Assembly: GCA_016196755.1 (NCBI GenBank)
Contig: JACPXC010000005.1
Coordinates: forward strand, 37,516 to 101,515
Length of the DNA stretch: 64,000 bases
Source of the DNA: Elusimicrobiota bacterium
GTDB taxonomy: Bacteria; Elusimicrobiota; Elusimicrobia; UBA1565
Direction: 5' to 3'
Shown: positions 8,934 through 18,992 of the stretch, in pieces
How the letters are laid out: the number at the start of each line of letters is the position of its first letter
Position numbering within the stretch: position 1 is the stretch's first letter
The notes under the pieces: generated by a model
The model's input: the letters and a program-made list of their open reading frames with translations, nothing else
The model's database searches: none
Told to the model about the DNA's origin: nothing
Position numbers and translations under genes: made by a program

Positions 8934-10205
8934 ATGGTACATTCTCGGACGATGAAGAATCCCCTGGCGAGGATCGCGGCGGCGGGCGCCGGCTACAAGG
9001 CCAAGGTGCTTGCCTCGGCCGTCTTTGTCTCAGGTCGGGAGCCTGAGGCCGTGCTGGCCGAGGACACCCGGCTCGACGCCTACCTGATCCTGCGTCTGTT
9101 TTCCGCCGATGTGGACCGGGAGGCCAGGAGCGCCGAGGCGCGGTTCCTGGGAGCCTTCATGCCTCGTACGGCCCTGGTCCGCCCGGGTCTGGGGGCGGCG
9201 CTGGCCTGGGGGGACCCGCCCGCGGTGTCCGGTCCCGCATCGCTTGAGCGTCCAGCGCCGCCGAAAGAGGACTTCGCCGCCCTATCCGCCCCGGCCCTAG
9301 AGCCCATCGTCGCCGACGCCTTCACGGAACCGAACCCGGCGCGCCTTCGCCGCACGCGCGCCATCGTAATCCTCAAGGACGGCAAGCTCGCCGCGGAGCG
9401 CTACGCCGCGCCGTTCACGTCCGCCACCCCGCTGGCCGGCTGGTCGATGACCAAGAGCGTCCTCGGGGCGCTGGTGGGCGCCGCCGTCGAGCGCGGCCTC
9501 ATGCGCCTCGAGGACCGGGACCTCCTCCCGGAGTGGTCGCAGGACGCGCGCCGGGACATCTCCGTGGCGGACCTCCTGCGCATGCGCAGCGGCCTGGCGT
9601 TCGGAGAAGTCTACGCCGACCCGCTCTCCGACGTCGTCCAGATGCTCTTCGCCGAGCCCGACGCGGCGGCCTTCGCCGCGGCGCGTCCGCTGGCGCACCC
9701 GCCGGGCACGGTCTGGAAGTACTCCAGCGGCACGACGAACATCCTCTCCGCGGTCCTGCGCCGGGCCCTGGCGCGCCAGGGGGTGGACTACCACTCGTTC
9801 GCGCGCGAGGCGCTCTTCTCGCCGCTGGGGATGTCGAGCGCGGTGCTCGAGACCGACGCCGCCGGCACCTTCGTCGGCTCCTCGTTCATGTACGCCACGG
9901 CGCGGGATTGGGCGCGCTTCGGACTGTACGCCGCGCAGGACAGTCCGTGGATGCGCGAGGCTCGCACGCCCACGCCGCAGTCGCCCGACGGGCGCTACGG
10001 CGCGCATTGGTGGCTCAAGCTCTCACCGGAGCTGGGCGGCGACGAAGGCCTGCCGGCCGACGCCTTCCATGCCCTGGGACACGAGGGACAGTGCCTGACT
10101 GTCGTCCCCTCGCGGGAACTGGTCGTCGTCCGGCTGGGGCTGTCGATCTACATCGACGCATGGGACCACAACGCGTTCCTGCGCCGGGTCCTGGCCGCGG
10201 CCTAG
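8934..10205 (+). CDS. Serine hydrolase, beta-lactamase/transpeptidase-like family
   Basis: S-x-x-K motif (SMTKS), YSSG and GHEGQ-type motifs. Confidence 0.8.
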   Translation: MVHSRTMKNPLARIAAAGAGYKAKVLASAVFVSGREPEAVLAEDTRLDAYLILRLFSADVDREARSAEARFLGAFMPRTALVRPGLGAALAWGDPPAVSGPASLERPAPPKEDFAALSAPALEPIVADAFTEPNPARLRRTRAIVILKDGKLAAERYAAPFTSATPLAGWSMTKSVLGALVGAAVERGLMRLEDRDLLPEWSQDARRDISVADLLRMRSGLAFGEVYADPLSDVVQMLFAEPDAAAFAAARPLAHPPGTVWKYSSGTTNILSAVLRRALARQGVDYHSFAREALFSPLGMSSAVLETDAAGTFVGSSFMYATARDWARFGLYAAQDSPWMREARTPTPQSPDGRYGAHWWLKLSPELGGDEGLPADAFHALGHEGQCLTVVPSRELVVVRLGLSIYIDAWDHNAFLRRVLAAA

Positions 10206-11524
10206 ATGGGGCCGAGGCTCTCGGCGTGCTGGCTCAGGTCGAGCCCCGCCGCTTCCTGCTCCGGGCGGACCCGCAGGGTGATGACGGCGTCGGTGAGGAT
10301 ATAGAGGAGATAGGAGCCCGCGAACGTGAAGACCCCCGCGATCAGCAGGGCCTCGAGGTGGCGGAGGAACACCGTCGAGTCGCCGTGGATGAGGCCCACC
10401 TTGTCGGCCAACAGCCCGGTCATGACCATCCCCACGATGCCGCCCATGCCGTGGCAGGGGAACACGTCGAGCGTGTCGTCGATCGTCGACTTGGACTTCC
10501 AGTGCACGGCCAGGTTGCTGACCAGGCTGGCCACCGCGCCGATGAAGATGCTCTGTCCCACGCTCACGTAGCCGGCCGCCGGCGTCACCGCCACCAAGCC
10601 CACGACAGCGCCGATCGAGGCGCCCAGGGCCGAGGGCCGGCGCCCGCGCACCGCGTCGAAGAGCACCCAGGCCAGCATGGCCGCGGCGGAGGCGGTGTTG
10701 GTCGTGATGAAGGCCAGGACGGCGGTCTCGTTGGCCGCCAGCGCCGAGCCGGCGTTGAAGCCGAACCAGCCGAACCACAGCATGCCGGTGCCCAGCAGGA
10801 CGAAGGGGATGTTGGCCGGGGCGGTGGCCTCGGCGTCGAGGTGGACCTTGCGTCGGCCCAGGAACAGGGCCCCGGCCAGCGCCGCGAAGCCCGCGGAGAG
10901 ATGGACGACCGTGCCGCCGGCGAAGTCCAGCACCCCCCACTGGCGCAGGAAGCCCTGCGGGTGCCAGGTCCAATGCGCCAGCGGGCAATAGATGAAGAGC
11001 GAGAACAGCGTGATGAAAAGCAGGTAGCTCGAGAAGCGCACGCGCTCGGCGAAGGAGCCGGTGATGAGGGCCGGGGTGATGATGGCGAACTTGAGCTGGA
11101 ACATCGCGAACAGGGCCAGCGGGATGGTCGGGGCCAGGTCGGGGTGGGTGGCGCCGCCCACGCCGCGGAACATGAAGTAGGTGCGCGGGTCGCCGATGAG
11201 GCCGTGCCAGGAGTCCCCGAAGGCCAGGCTAAATCCCACCACGACCCAGACGATGCTGAGCACGCCCATCGAGATGAAGCTCTGCAGCATGGTCGAGATC
11301 ACGTTCTTGCGCTGGACCATGCCGCCGTAGAAGAACGATAGGCCGGGCGTCATGAGGAGGACGAGGCCGGTGGCGGTCAGCATCCAGGCGGTGTCGCCGG
11401 AAGATATCGGGCCCCCGGTCACGGTGGGGGCGCGGGGGGAGACCAGCAAGCCTCCGACGGCGGCGGCGGCGAGGAGGCCGAGCGGGACGACCCATTCCGG
11501 CTTGTTGCGCTGCATGGCTGCCAT
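10202..11524 (-). CDS. amt: Ammonium transporter (Amt family)
   Basis: 11 TM helices with Amt signatures (DFAGGTVVHLSAGFAALA, GFNAGSA, twin-His pore region). Confidence 0.9.
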   Translation of the reverse strand: MAAMQRNKPEWVVPLGLLAAAAVGGLLVSPRAPTVTGGPISSGDTAWMLTATGLVLLMTPGLSFFYGGMVQRKNVISTMLQSFISMGVLSIVWVVVGFSLAFGDSWHGLIGDPRTYFMFRGVGGATHPDLAPTIPLALFAMFQLKFAIITPALITGSFAERVRFSSYLLFITLFSLFIYCPLAHWTWHPQGFLRQWGVLDFAGGTVVHLSAGFAALAGALFLGRRKVHLDAEATAPANIPFVLLGTGMLWFGWFGFNAGSALAANETAVLAFITTNTASAAAMLAWVLFDAVRGRRPSALGASIGAVVGLVAVTPAAGYVSVGQSIFIGAVASLVSNLAVHWKSKSTIDDTLDVFPCHGMGGIVGMVMTGLLADKVGLIHGDSTVFLRHLEALLIAGVFTFAGSYLLYILTDAVITLRVRPEQEAAGLDLSQHAESLGPI

Positions 11525-11554
11525 CGTGGCCGAGATTCAAGCAAATCGACGGGT

Positions 11555-13135
11555 TTGATATCCTGGAGCGTGCGCCGAAGTCCCGCCGCCCTTCTTGCCC
11601 TGCTGGTCGCCGGCTGCGCCGCGCTGAAGGGCCCCGAGCCGGCCGCGCTCATCATCGCCGGACCGGTTTACGGCCGGCCCGGCGCGGAAGGGGTCCTCAT
11701 AAGGGGAGCGCGCGTGGCCGCCGTAGGCTTACTGGGCGACTTGGCGCTGGCGGCTCCCGCGGCTCGCCGTCTCGACACGGGGGGCGGCCTCATCCTGCCC
11801 GGCTTCTCGGACTCCCACCTGCATCTGCTCGACGGGGGCCTTTCCCTGGAGAAGCTCGACCTGCGGCCGGCCAAGAGCGAGGCCGAGGCGGCCGAGGCGG
11901 TGCGGCTGTGGGCCGAGTCGCATCCCGGCACGTCTACCGTCTGGGGGCTGGGCTGGAGCTACGACATCGTCTCCTCCGGCACCACTCCCTCCGCCGCGGC
12001 GCTCGACGCCGTGGTGCCCGGGCGGCCGGTGGTCCTCGAGAGCTACGACGGGCACGCCTATTGGCTCAACGGCGCCGCGTTGGCGCGCGCCGGCGCGTCG
12101 GATTCCGGCGGGACCTTGATCGAGCCGGATGGCCGGCTCATCGCCCGGGCCGGCGGGAGCCCATCGCGCGCCGAGAAGGTCCGGGCCATGAAGGCGGCCC
12201 TGGCGCATCTGGCCCGCCTCGGCGTCACCTCGGCCTCGGCGGTGTCGGCCGGCCGCGAGGACTTCGACATCCTCAGAGAGCTCGAGGAGCGCGGGGAGCT
12301 GACGCTGAGGGTATTCTACAGCCCGTCCATCCATGGCGACCTGACCGAGTACGAGCGCCTGCGCGCCCGCGCGACGGGGCCGCTCCTGCATTTCGGCTGG
12401 CTCAAGGGCTTCGTCGACGGCGTCATCGAGTCGAAGACGGCGGCCATGCTGGAGCCCTACGCGGGCTCCGCCGAGCGCGGGGCGCCCGCCGAGGACATCG
12501 CGGCGCTGGTCGCCTCCGCTCAGCGGCGCGGCTTCAGCGCGGCCCTGCACGCGGTGGGGGACGCGGCCGTTCGGGCCGGGCTCGACGCCTTCGCCGCCGC
12601 CGACCGCGTCGCCCCGCGTCCCCAGCGCCGACGGCGGCTCGAGCATCTGGAGGTCGTCGACCCCGCCGACCTGCCGCGCTTCAAGGACCTCGACGCCGTG
12701 GCGTCGATGCAGCCGCTCCATGCTCTCCCCGACGGCCCGGAGGGAGAGGGGGCCTGGGCTAGGAACCTGGGGCCCGAACGGCGCGCGCGCGCCTTCGGCT
12801 GGCGGGCGCTGCGCGACGCCGGCGCCCCGCTGGCCTTCGGCTCGGATTGGACGGTGGCCTCGCCGGACCCGCTCGCGGGTCTGGCGGCGGCCTTGGGTCC
12901 GCTCAGGCCGGATGAGGCGGTGGGGGCCTACACGGCCGGGCCGGCCTACGCGGCGGGCTTGGAGGGCGTATTGGGCTGCCTGGACCCGGGCTGTCTGGCC
13001 GATATGGTCGTCCTGGACCCCGCGGTGCGCCTCGACGAAGCGGCCTCGCTGCGAGCCGGCCGGGTGCGCGCCGCGGTCGTGGGTGGCCGCGTGGTCATGA
13101 ATATGTTGGAATCGCCGCAGAGAGGAACTGAATGA
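11555..13135 (+). CDS. Amidohydrolase family protein (amidohydrolase_3-like), lipoprotein
   Basis: Lipoprotein signal (LVAGCAA). Metal-binding HLHLLDGG and C-terminal GSDWTVASPDP motifs. Confidence 0.8.
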   Translation: MISWSVRRSPAALLALLVAGCAALKGPEPAALIIAGPVYGRPGAEGVLIRGARVAAVGLLGDLALAAPAARRLDTGGGLILPGFSDSHLHLLDGGLSLEKLDLRPAKSEAEAAEAVRLWAESHPGTSTVWGLGWSYDIVSSGTTPSAAALDAVVPGRPVVLESYDGHAYWLNGAALARAGASDSGGTLIEPDGRLIARAGGSPSRAEKVRAMKAALAHLARLGVTSASAVSAGREDFDILRELEERGELTLRVFYSPSIHGDLTEYERLRARATGPLLHFGWLKGFVDGVIESKTAAMLEPYAGSAERGAPAEDIAALVASAQRRGFSAALHAVGDAAVRAGLDAFAAADRVAPRPQRRRRLEHLEVVDPADLPRFKDLDAVASMQPLHALPDGPEGEGAWARNLGPERRARAFGWRALRDAGAPLAFGSDWTVASPDPLAGLAAALGPLRPDEAVGAYTAGPAYAAGLEGVLGCLDPGCLADMVVLDPAVRLDEAASLRAGRVRAAVVGGRVVMNMLESPQRGTE

Positions 13136-14898
13136 ACAGCAACGAGCCCGGAGCCGCCGCGGACCTGCCCCAAAAGCCGGCCGGGGCGAAGGAATTCACC
13201 TTCCGCGCGGTCACGGTGGCGATGTTCGTGGCGGCCGTCATCGGCGCCTCCTACCCCTACGTCGTCATGAAGCTGGGCTTCGGCCCGAACATCTCGGTGG
13301 TCTCGGCCTTCTTCGGCTACCTTGCCCTCGGCCTGGTCTACAAGGATTTCAACCGCTGGGAGAACAACATCGTCCAGACCGCGGGGACCTCGGCCGGCCA
13401 GACGGCGTTTTTGTGCGTCCTGATGGCCGCCTTCGACATGCTGCGCATGGACCCGGCGCTGGGATTTACGCTCGAGCTGACGCCGATGACCTCGTTTTTG
13501 TGGCTGACGACGGCGGGCCTGCTCGGGGTCTTCATGGCCGTGCCGATGCGCCAGCACTTCGTCATCGATGAGAAGCTGACCTACGCCGACGGCGTGGCGG
13601 CGGGTGAGACCCTGATCGTCCTCGACTCGCGCGGCACGGAGGCCCGGGGCGCGGCGCGCTCGATGGGGATCGGGTTGGTGGTCTCGGCCCTGCTCATGAT
13701 CGTGCGCGAGGACGCGCGCCTTTTGGCCGCGGCCTGGTACCGCCTCCCGGAGATGATGGCGCTGGGCGCCGACGGCGGGAAGATGGCCTTCGGGGTGAGC
13801 TGGAGCCTGCTCTCGCTTGGCTCAGGGATGCTCGTCGGCATGCGCGTCAACCTGAGCATGCTCGTGGGCACCGTCATCGCCTGGTACATCGCCCCCGGCC
13901 TCCTCATGAAGTATGGCGTCGTCGACGAGATGTCCCGCCGCAAGGTCCTGCTCTGGATCATGTGGCCGGCCACCGGAATGCTGATCGCCGGCGGGTTGAC
14001 CGCGCTGTTCATGCGCTGGCGCATCCTGATCAAGACCTTCCAGAACATCTCCTCGGCCGAGATCGACTCCGGCGACTTCCCGCTCTCCTGGGTCATCTTC
14101 GGCTCGGTCATGAGCGGCGTGGCGCTGATCATCGTCCAAAAGGTCTATCTCGGCATCCCGATCTGGATGACCGTGACGGCGACGGTGTTCTCGATCCCGC
14201 TCATGCTCGTCGGCCTGCGCGTCCTGGGCGAGACCAACTGGGGGCCGATCAGCGCGCTCTCCAACATGATGCAGGCGGTCTTCGGCTTGATCGCCCCCGG
14301 CAACATCGCGGCGAACATGGTGGCCAGCGGCGTCACCGGGTCGATCGCCACTGAGTCCGAAGGTCTCATGCAGGACTTCAAGACCGGGGCCATGATCGGG
14401 AGCACGCCGCGCTACCTGACCTATGCCCAGCTCCTCGCGATACCCGTCGGCGCCGCCGCGGTATCGATCGTCTATCCGCTCCTGCGCGCCACCTACGGCA
14501 TCGGCGGCGAGACCGGCCTGCAGTCGCCGATCTCGCAGAAGTGGGCCGGCTTCGCCCAGCTGCTCTCGAAGGGCCTGGGCGCCCTCCCGGCGGGGGCCAT
14601 CCCGGCCTTGGGTGCGGCCGTCGTGCTGGGGGTCATCTTCACCGCGCTGGAGAGCACGCGCTTTAAGGCCAAGGTCCCCTCACCCACGGGTCTGGGGATC
14701 GGCATGCTGGTCCCGGCCAGCGCCATCATCACGATGTTCCTCGGCAGCGTGGTCGACGTGGTCTGGTCTCGCCTAAGCCCCAAGTCCCACGAGACCCACC
14801 TCACCCCGCTGGCCTCGGGCTTTATCGCCGGCGAGGCCATCGTGGCCGTCATCGTCCCGATCATGGTCGCGGCGGGACTGTTGAGTCTCCAGCCTTAG
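13132..14898 (+). CDS. OPT family oligopeptide transporter
   Basis: 588 aa, ~16 TM segments, OPT-type sequence pattern. Start overlaps the amidohydrolase stop. Confidence 0.8.
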   Translation: MNSNEPGAAADLPQKPAGAKEFTFRAVTVAMFVAAVIGASYPYVVMKLGFGPNISVVSAFFGYLALGLVYKDFNRWENNIVQTAGTSAGQTAFLCVLMAAFDMLRMDPALGFTLELTPMTSFLWLTTAGLLGVFMAVPMRQHFVIDEKLTYADGVAAGETLIVLDSRGTEARGAARSMGIGLVVSALLMIVREDARLLAAAWYRLPEMMALGADGGKMAFGVSWSLLSLGSGMLVGMRVNLSMLVGTVIAWYIAPGLLMKYGVVDEMSRRKVLLWIMWPATGMLIAGGLTALFMRWRILIKTFQNISSAEIDSGDFPLSWVIFGSVMSGVALIIVQKVYLGIPIWMTVTATVFSIPLMLVGLRVLGETNWGPISALSNMMQAVFGLIAPGNIAANMVASGVTGSIATESEGLMQDFKTGAMIGSTPRYLTYAQLLAIPVGAAAVSIVYPLLRATYGIGGETGLQSPISQKWAGFAQLLSKGLGALPAGAIPALGAAVVLGVIFTALESTRFKAKVPSPTGLGIGMLVPASAIITMFLGSVVDVVWSRLSPKSHETHLTPLASGFIAGEAIVAVIVPIMVAAGLLSLQP

Positions 14899-16352
14899 GC
14901 GGGATCCCCTATAGCCGTATAGTGCCAGCCCTTGCGGGCGGCGCCGGTGGTCTCGAGCATCACGTGCTTGACCGTTGTGAACTCGTGGAGGGCGTAGGCG
15001 GAGAGGTCCTTGCCGAAGCCCGACTGCTTGACGCCGCCGTGGGGCATCTCGGAGGTCAGCGGCAGATGGTCGTTGATCCAGACGCAGCCGGCGCGGATCC
15101 CGGCGGCCATCCGGAACGCGCGCTGGACGTCCGAGGTCCAGACCGAGGAGGCCAGGCCGAAGGGGACGGCGTTGGCCTTGGCCAGGGCGTCGGCCTCGTC
15201 CTTGAACGGGGCGATGCAGGTGACCGGTCCGAACACCTCGTTCTGCATGATGTCGTCGTCGACGGCGACGCCGCCTACGACCGTGGGCTCGTAGAAGAAT
15301 CCCCTGGGCAGGGCCTCGGGACGCCGCCCGCCGGCCAGGATCCGGGCACCCTTGGCGCGCTTGATGAACCCCTCGACGCGGTTGCGCTGCTCGCGGCTGA
15401 TGAGCGGTCCCATGTCGGTTTTGCGGCTGGAGGGGTCGCCGACGCGCACCCGCGCGGTCTCGGCGAGGAGGCCCTCGGTGAAGCGCTTGAGCACGCTCTC
15501 CTGGACGAGGAGGCGCGTGGCGGCGGTGCAGTCCTGACCTGAGTTGACGAAGGCCGCCACGGCGGCCCCGGCCGCGGCGGCCTCGAGGTTGGCGTCGGCG
15601 AAAACGATGAACGGCGCCTTGCCGCCGAGCTCGAGCTGACAGCGCTTGACGGTGGGCGCGGACTGCCCCATGATGGCGCGGCCGGTGTTGGTGTCGCCGG
15701 TAAACGAGATCAGCGCCACGTCCGGGTGCTGGGTGATCGCCTTGCCGGTCTCGCCCGCCCCGGTGACGACGTTGACGACGCATTCGGGGATGCCGGCCTC
15801 CAGGGCCAGGCGGCCGAACTCTATCGTCGTCAGCGGGGTCAGCTCGGAGGGCTTGAGGACGACGGTGTTGCCGGCCGCCAAGGCCGGGGCGGCCTTCCAG
15901 ACCGACATCATGAGCGGATAGTTCCAGGGGGCGATTAGGCCCGCCACGCCCAGGGGCTCGCGGCGGATGATGCTGGTGTAGCCGGGGACGTATTCCGCGC
16001 TGGCCAGGCCTTCGAGGTGGCGGGCGGCGCCGGCAAAGAAGCGCAGGTTGTCGATCGCGAAGGGGATGTCGCCGTCGGCGGCCAGCTTCATCGGCTTGCC
16101 GGCGTTCTTGGACTCCAGGGCCGCCAATTCGGGAGCTTCGGCCTCCATGAGGGAGGCGAGCTTGAGCAGGGCCGCCGAGCGCTCGCTGGGGGACTTGCGC
16201 GACCAGCGGCCGTCGTCGAAGGCCCGTTTTGCGGCGGTGACGACGCGGTCGACCTCGGCCGCCGAGGCGTCGGGACACTCGGTGATGACCTCCTCGGTGG
16301 CGGGGTTGAGGATGGCGCGGGGGGCGCCTGTCTTGGCGGTCTTCTTGGCCAT
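14895..16352 (-). CDS. Aldehyde dehydrogenase (aminobutyraldehyde/betaine-aldehyde DH-like)
   Basis: ALDH motifs ELGGKAP, FVNSGQDCTAATR, EVFGPV. Confidence 0.85.
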   Translation of the reverse strand: MAKKTAKTGAPRAILNPATEEVITECPDASAAEVDRVVTAAKRAFDDGRWSRKSPSERSAALLKLASLMEAEAPELAALESKNAGKPMKLAADGDIPFAIDNLRFFAGAARHLEGLASAEYVPGYTSIIRREPLGVAGLIAPWNYPLMMSVWKAAPALAAGNTVVLKPSELTPLTTIEFGRLALEAGIPECVVNVVTGAGETGKAITQHPDVALISFTGDTNTGRAIMGQSAPTVKRCQLELGGKAPFIVFADANLEAAAAGAAVAAFVNSGQDCTAATRLLVQESVLKRFTEGLLAETARVRVGDPSSRKTDMGPLISREQRNRVEGFIKRAKGARILAGGRRPEALPRGFFYEPTVVGGVAVDDDIMQNEVFGPVTCIAPFKDEADALAKANAVPFGLASSVWTSDVQRAFRMAAGIRAGCVWINDHLPLTSEMPHGGVKQSGFGKDLSAYALHEFTTVKHVMLETTGAARKGWHYTAIGDPA

Positions 16353-16355
16353 GGT

Positions 16356-17676
16356 CTAGCTCCGTTTGAGGCCCAGGACGACGTCGGCGATGATCTTGAG
16401 GCCGCGGGCGAGGTGGGCGTCGCCGACGGTCAGGGGGACGAGGCAGCGCAGGACGTTGCCATGTCCGCCGGCCTTGATGACGAGCAGGCCCTTCTCCCGG
16501 CAGAGCTCGAGGATGCGCTTCATGTCGGCCTCGGGCAGGGGGGCCTTGGTGCGCTTGTCGGTGACGAGTTCGATGGCCCGCATAGCACCCAGGCCGCGGC
16601 TCTCGCCGACGATGGGCGAGGCCTTGGCCAGCTTGTCGAAGCTGCGCTTGATGGCCTCCCCGACGCGCTTGGCCTTGCCGAGCAGATCCTCGGTCTCGAC
16701 GAGCCCGAACACGGCCAGGGCCGCGGCGCAGGCCAGGGGGTTGCCGGTGTAGGTGCCGCCCAGGCCGCCGGGCTCCAGCGAGTCCATCACGTCGGCGCGG
16801 CCGACGATGGCCGAGAGCGGCAGGCCCGCGGCGATCGACTTGGCGGCGAGCAAGAGGTCGCCCGCCACGCCGGCCTGCTCGCAGGCGAACAAGGTGCCGG
16901 TGCGTCCGAAGCCGGCCTGGACCTCGTCGATGATGAGCAGGATGCCGTGGCGGTCGCAAAAGGCGCGAAGGGCCGGCAGGAAGTCCTTGGGCGGCACGAT
17001 GAAGCCGCCCTCGCCCTGCACCGGCTCGATGATGACGGCGGCCACCTCCTCGGGGGCGGTCGTCGTCGTCAGCAGGTCCTCGAGCCGCCCCATGCAGTAG
17101 CGGGTCAGGTCCTTGGCCGCCACGCCGGCCGGCGGGCGGTAAGGGTTCGGGAACGGGACGTGGTAGACGTCGCCCGGGAACGGGCCGACCCGCGTGCGCA
17201 GGGGCTTGTGCTTGCCGTTTAAGCGCATCGCCATGTAGGTCCGGCCGTGGAAGGAGCCCTCGAAGCTGACGATCCCGGGCCGGCGCGTGAAGGCGCGGGC
17301 GAGCTTTACCGCGGTCTCGACCGCCTCGGCGCCGGTGTTTAAGAGGACGGCCTTTTTCGCGAAGGCTCCCGGCGCGGCCTCCACGAGCTTCCGGCAGACC
17401 TCGACGTAGACGCGCGGCGGGGCGACCTGGACCGCGCTGTGGATGAGCTTCGCGGCCTGCTCCTGGACGGCCTTGACGACCTTGGGGTGGCAGTGGCCGG
17501 CGTTGAGGACGCCGATGCCGCCGGCGAAATCGAGGTACTCGCGGCCGTCGACCCCGCGCAGGGTGGCGCCGGAGGCGCTCTCGACCACGACGGGGTGATA
17601 GTGGGCCAGGCCGCGCGGGATGTAGCGCTCCCGGTCGGCTAGGGGGGAAGCGGTCTTATTAGGGAGAGTAGGCATG
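16356..17676 (-). CDS. gabT: 4-aminobutyrate / omega-amino acid aminotransferase (class III)
   Basis: Class III PLP aminotransferase motifs (LLIIDEVQAGFGRTG, PLP-lysine region). Start MPTLPNK at 17676. The longer ORF reaching 19502 is a read-through artefact. Confidence 0.85.
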
Positions 17677-17798
17677 GAAGCCAAGGATAACAAATTCGCG
17701 CCGAGGCGCCCCCTAGCCGGAATTTGGGTCTTAGGGCCTATAACGAACATGGTCCTCGGACCCCGCCCGGTCTGGACTGCCGGGGCTATAACGAAGGC

Positions 17799-18992
17799 AT
17801 GAAGACGAACCTGCTCGCTGTCCTCCTCCTCGCGGCCGGCCCCGCGTCCGCCGAGGACGCCGCGCCGCCCATCGGCCAGGCCACGGCGATCAACCCCCTG
17901 ACGCCGGCCGACGACGCCGCCATCGCGCGGCTGGCGTCGCGCTTCCAGGTGAGCTCGATCAGGATCGAGGGCGACGGGCCGTTCGGCTTCGATGTCGCCG
18001 GCTTCGTCGCCAACCTCCAGAAGGCCATGGACGACGCGGCCAAGGCCGCCGCCAAGGCCGCGGACCTCCCCACGAAGGAGGAGCTCGAGAAGCTCTCGAT
18101 CGAACTGCCGTTCACGTTCCCGACCGAGGCCGAGGTCAAGGACCACGACCTCCTGATCCTCTACGACAAGACCGGCAAGGGCCCGCGCGCCTCCTGGCAC
18201 GAGCCGCAGTGGGCGGTCCAGGCCGGCATGGTCAAGGATAAGCTGATGGCCCTGGGCGCTCCCGAAGAGCGGATCACCGTCGCCCCGATCGCCAAGAAAG
18301 AGGACTTCCTGGCGATGCTCAAGGCCCATCCCGGCAAGAAGAAGCTCTTCCTCTTCGGCCACGCCAGCCCGCTCACGATCCACTTCGGCGACGAGGACGT
18401 GCCGCTCAAGGAGAACTCCCAGGCGCTCCAGGACGCCAAGGTCGACATGATCTGTCACTATGGCTGCAACTTCATCAACGTGGATGAGGAGGGCTTCAAG
18501 CCGTTCCAGGCTACGTTCGGCGAGGGGCGGCGGATCACCCTTTTCGGCCATCACAAGGCTTCGACCAAGGACGACGACACGCCCTTCGACAAGGACAACC
18601 CCATCCGGCGCTGCGACGTAGCCAAGGACTGCGCGCGCCTCTACGACCCTGCGAGGGAAGCCACGGCACGCATCGCCGGCCTGACCCAGCGCCTCGTCAA
18701 GACCGTCCCCGGCGTCCAGACGGGGCTCCCGCAGCTGGACGCTTTGGCAGCCTACGACGGCGAGAAGCCCTACAGAGTCCACGAGCCGTCGCTGATCGAC
18801 TACTTCATCCCGGCTGCCCAGCTGCTCATCAAGCGGGCGACCTCGGCCGTCCCGCCGCCGCCTCCGGGGGGGAGTCCTGCCCCGCCCGGCGGCGTGATGG
18901 ACCCCTCGACCTGGACCAGCGGCGTCGGCGCTTGGCTGGACGCCGTGCAGCAGGCGGCCAAGAAGCAGGCCGTCCCTCCGCCCGCCCGCTAG
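17799..18992 (+). CDS. Secreted hypothetical protein; possible clan CD-like cysteine peptidase (His...Cys dyad)
   Basis: Signal peptide MKTNLLAVLLLAAGPASA. Hydrophobic strand then His (KKLFLFGHASP), and ~31 aa later hydrophobic strand then Cys (VDMICHYGCNF). Pro-rich C-terminus. Confidence 0.55.
   Translation: MKTNLLAVLLLAAGPASAEDAAPPIGQATAINPLTPADDAAIARLASRFQVSSIRIEGDGPFGFDVAGFVANLQKAMDDAAKAAAKAADLPTKEELEKLSIELPFTFPTEAEVKDHDLLILYDKTGKGPRASWHEPQWAVQAGMVKDKLMALGAPEERITVAPIAKKEDFLAMLKAHPGKKKLFLFGHASPLTIHFGDEDVPLKENSQALQDAKVDMICHYGCNFINVDEEGFKPFQATFGEGRRITLFGHHKASTKDDDTPFDKDNPIRRCDVAKDCARLYDPAREATARIAGLTQRLVKTVPGVQTGLPQLDALAAYDGEKPYRVHEPSLIDYFIPAAQLLIKRATSAVPPPPPGGSPAPPGGVMDPSTWTSGVGAWLDAVQQAAKKQAVPPPAR

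Noticed and set aside
9533-11341. 602-aa plus-strand ORF
   Set aside because: Antisense to the ammonium transporter. Low-complexity Arg/Gly/Ala product with no domain signal.
14773-16959. 728-aa minus-strand ORF overlapping the ALDH and gabT genes
   Set aside because: Out-of-frame Arg/Pro/Gly-rich translation. The same DNA encodes clean ALDH and aminotransferase products in the other minus frames.
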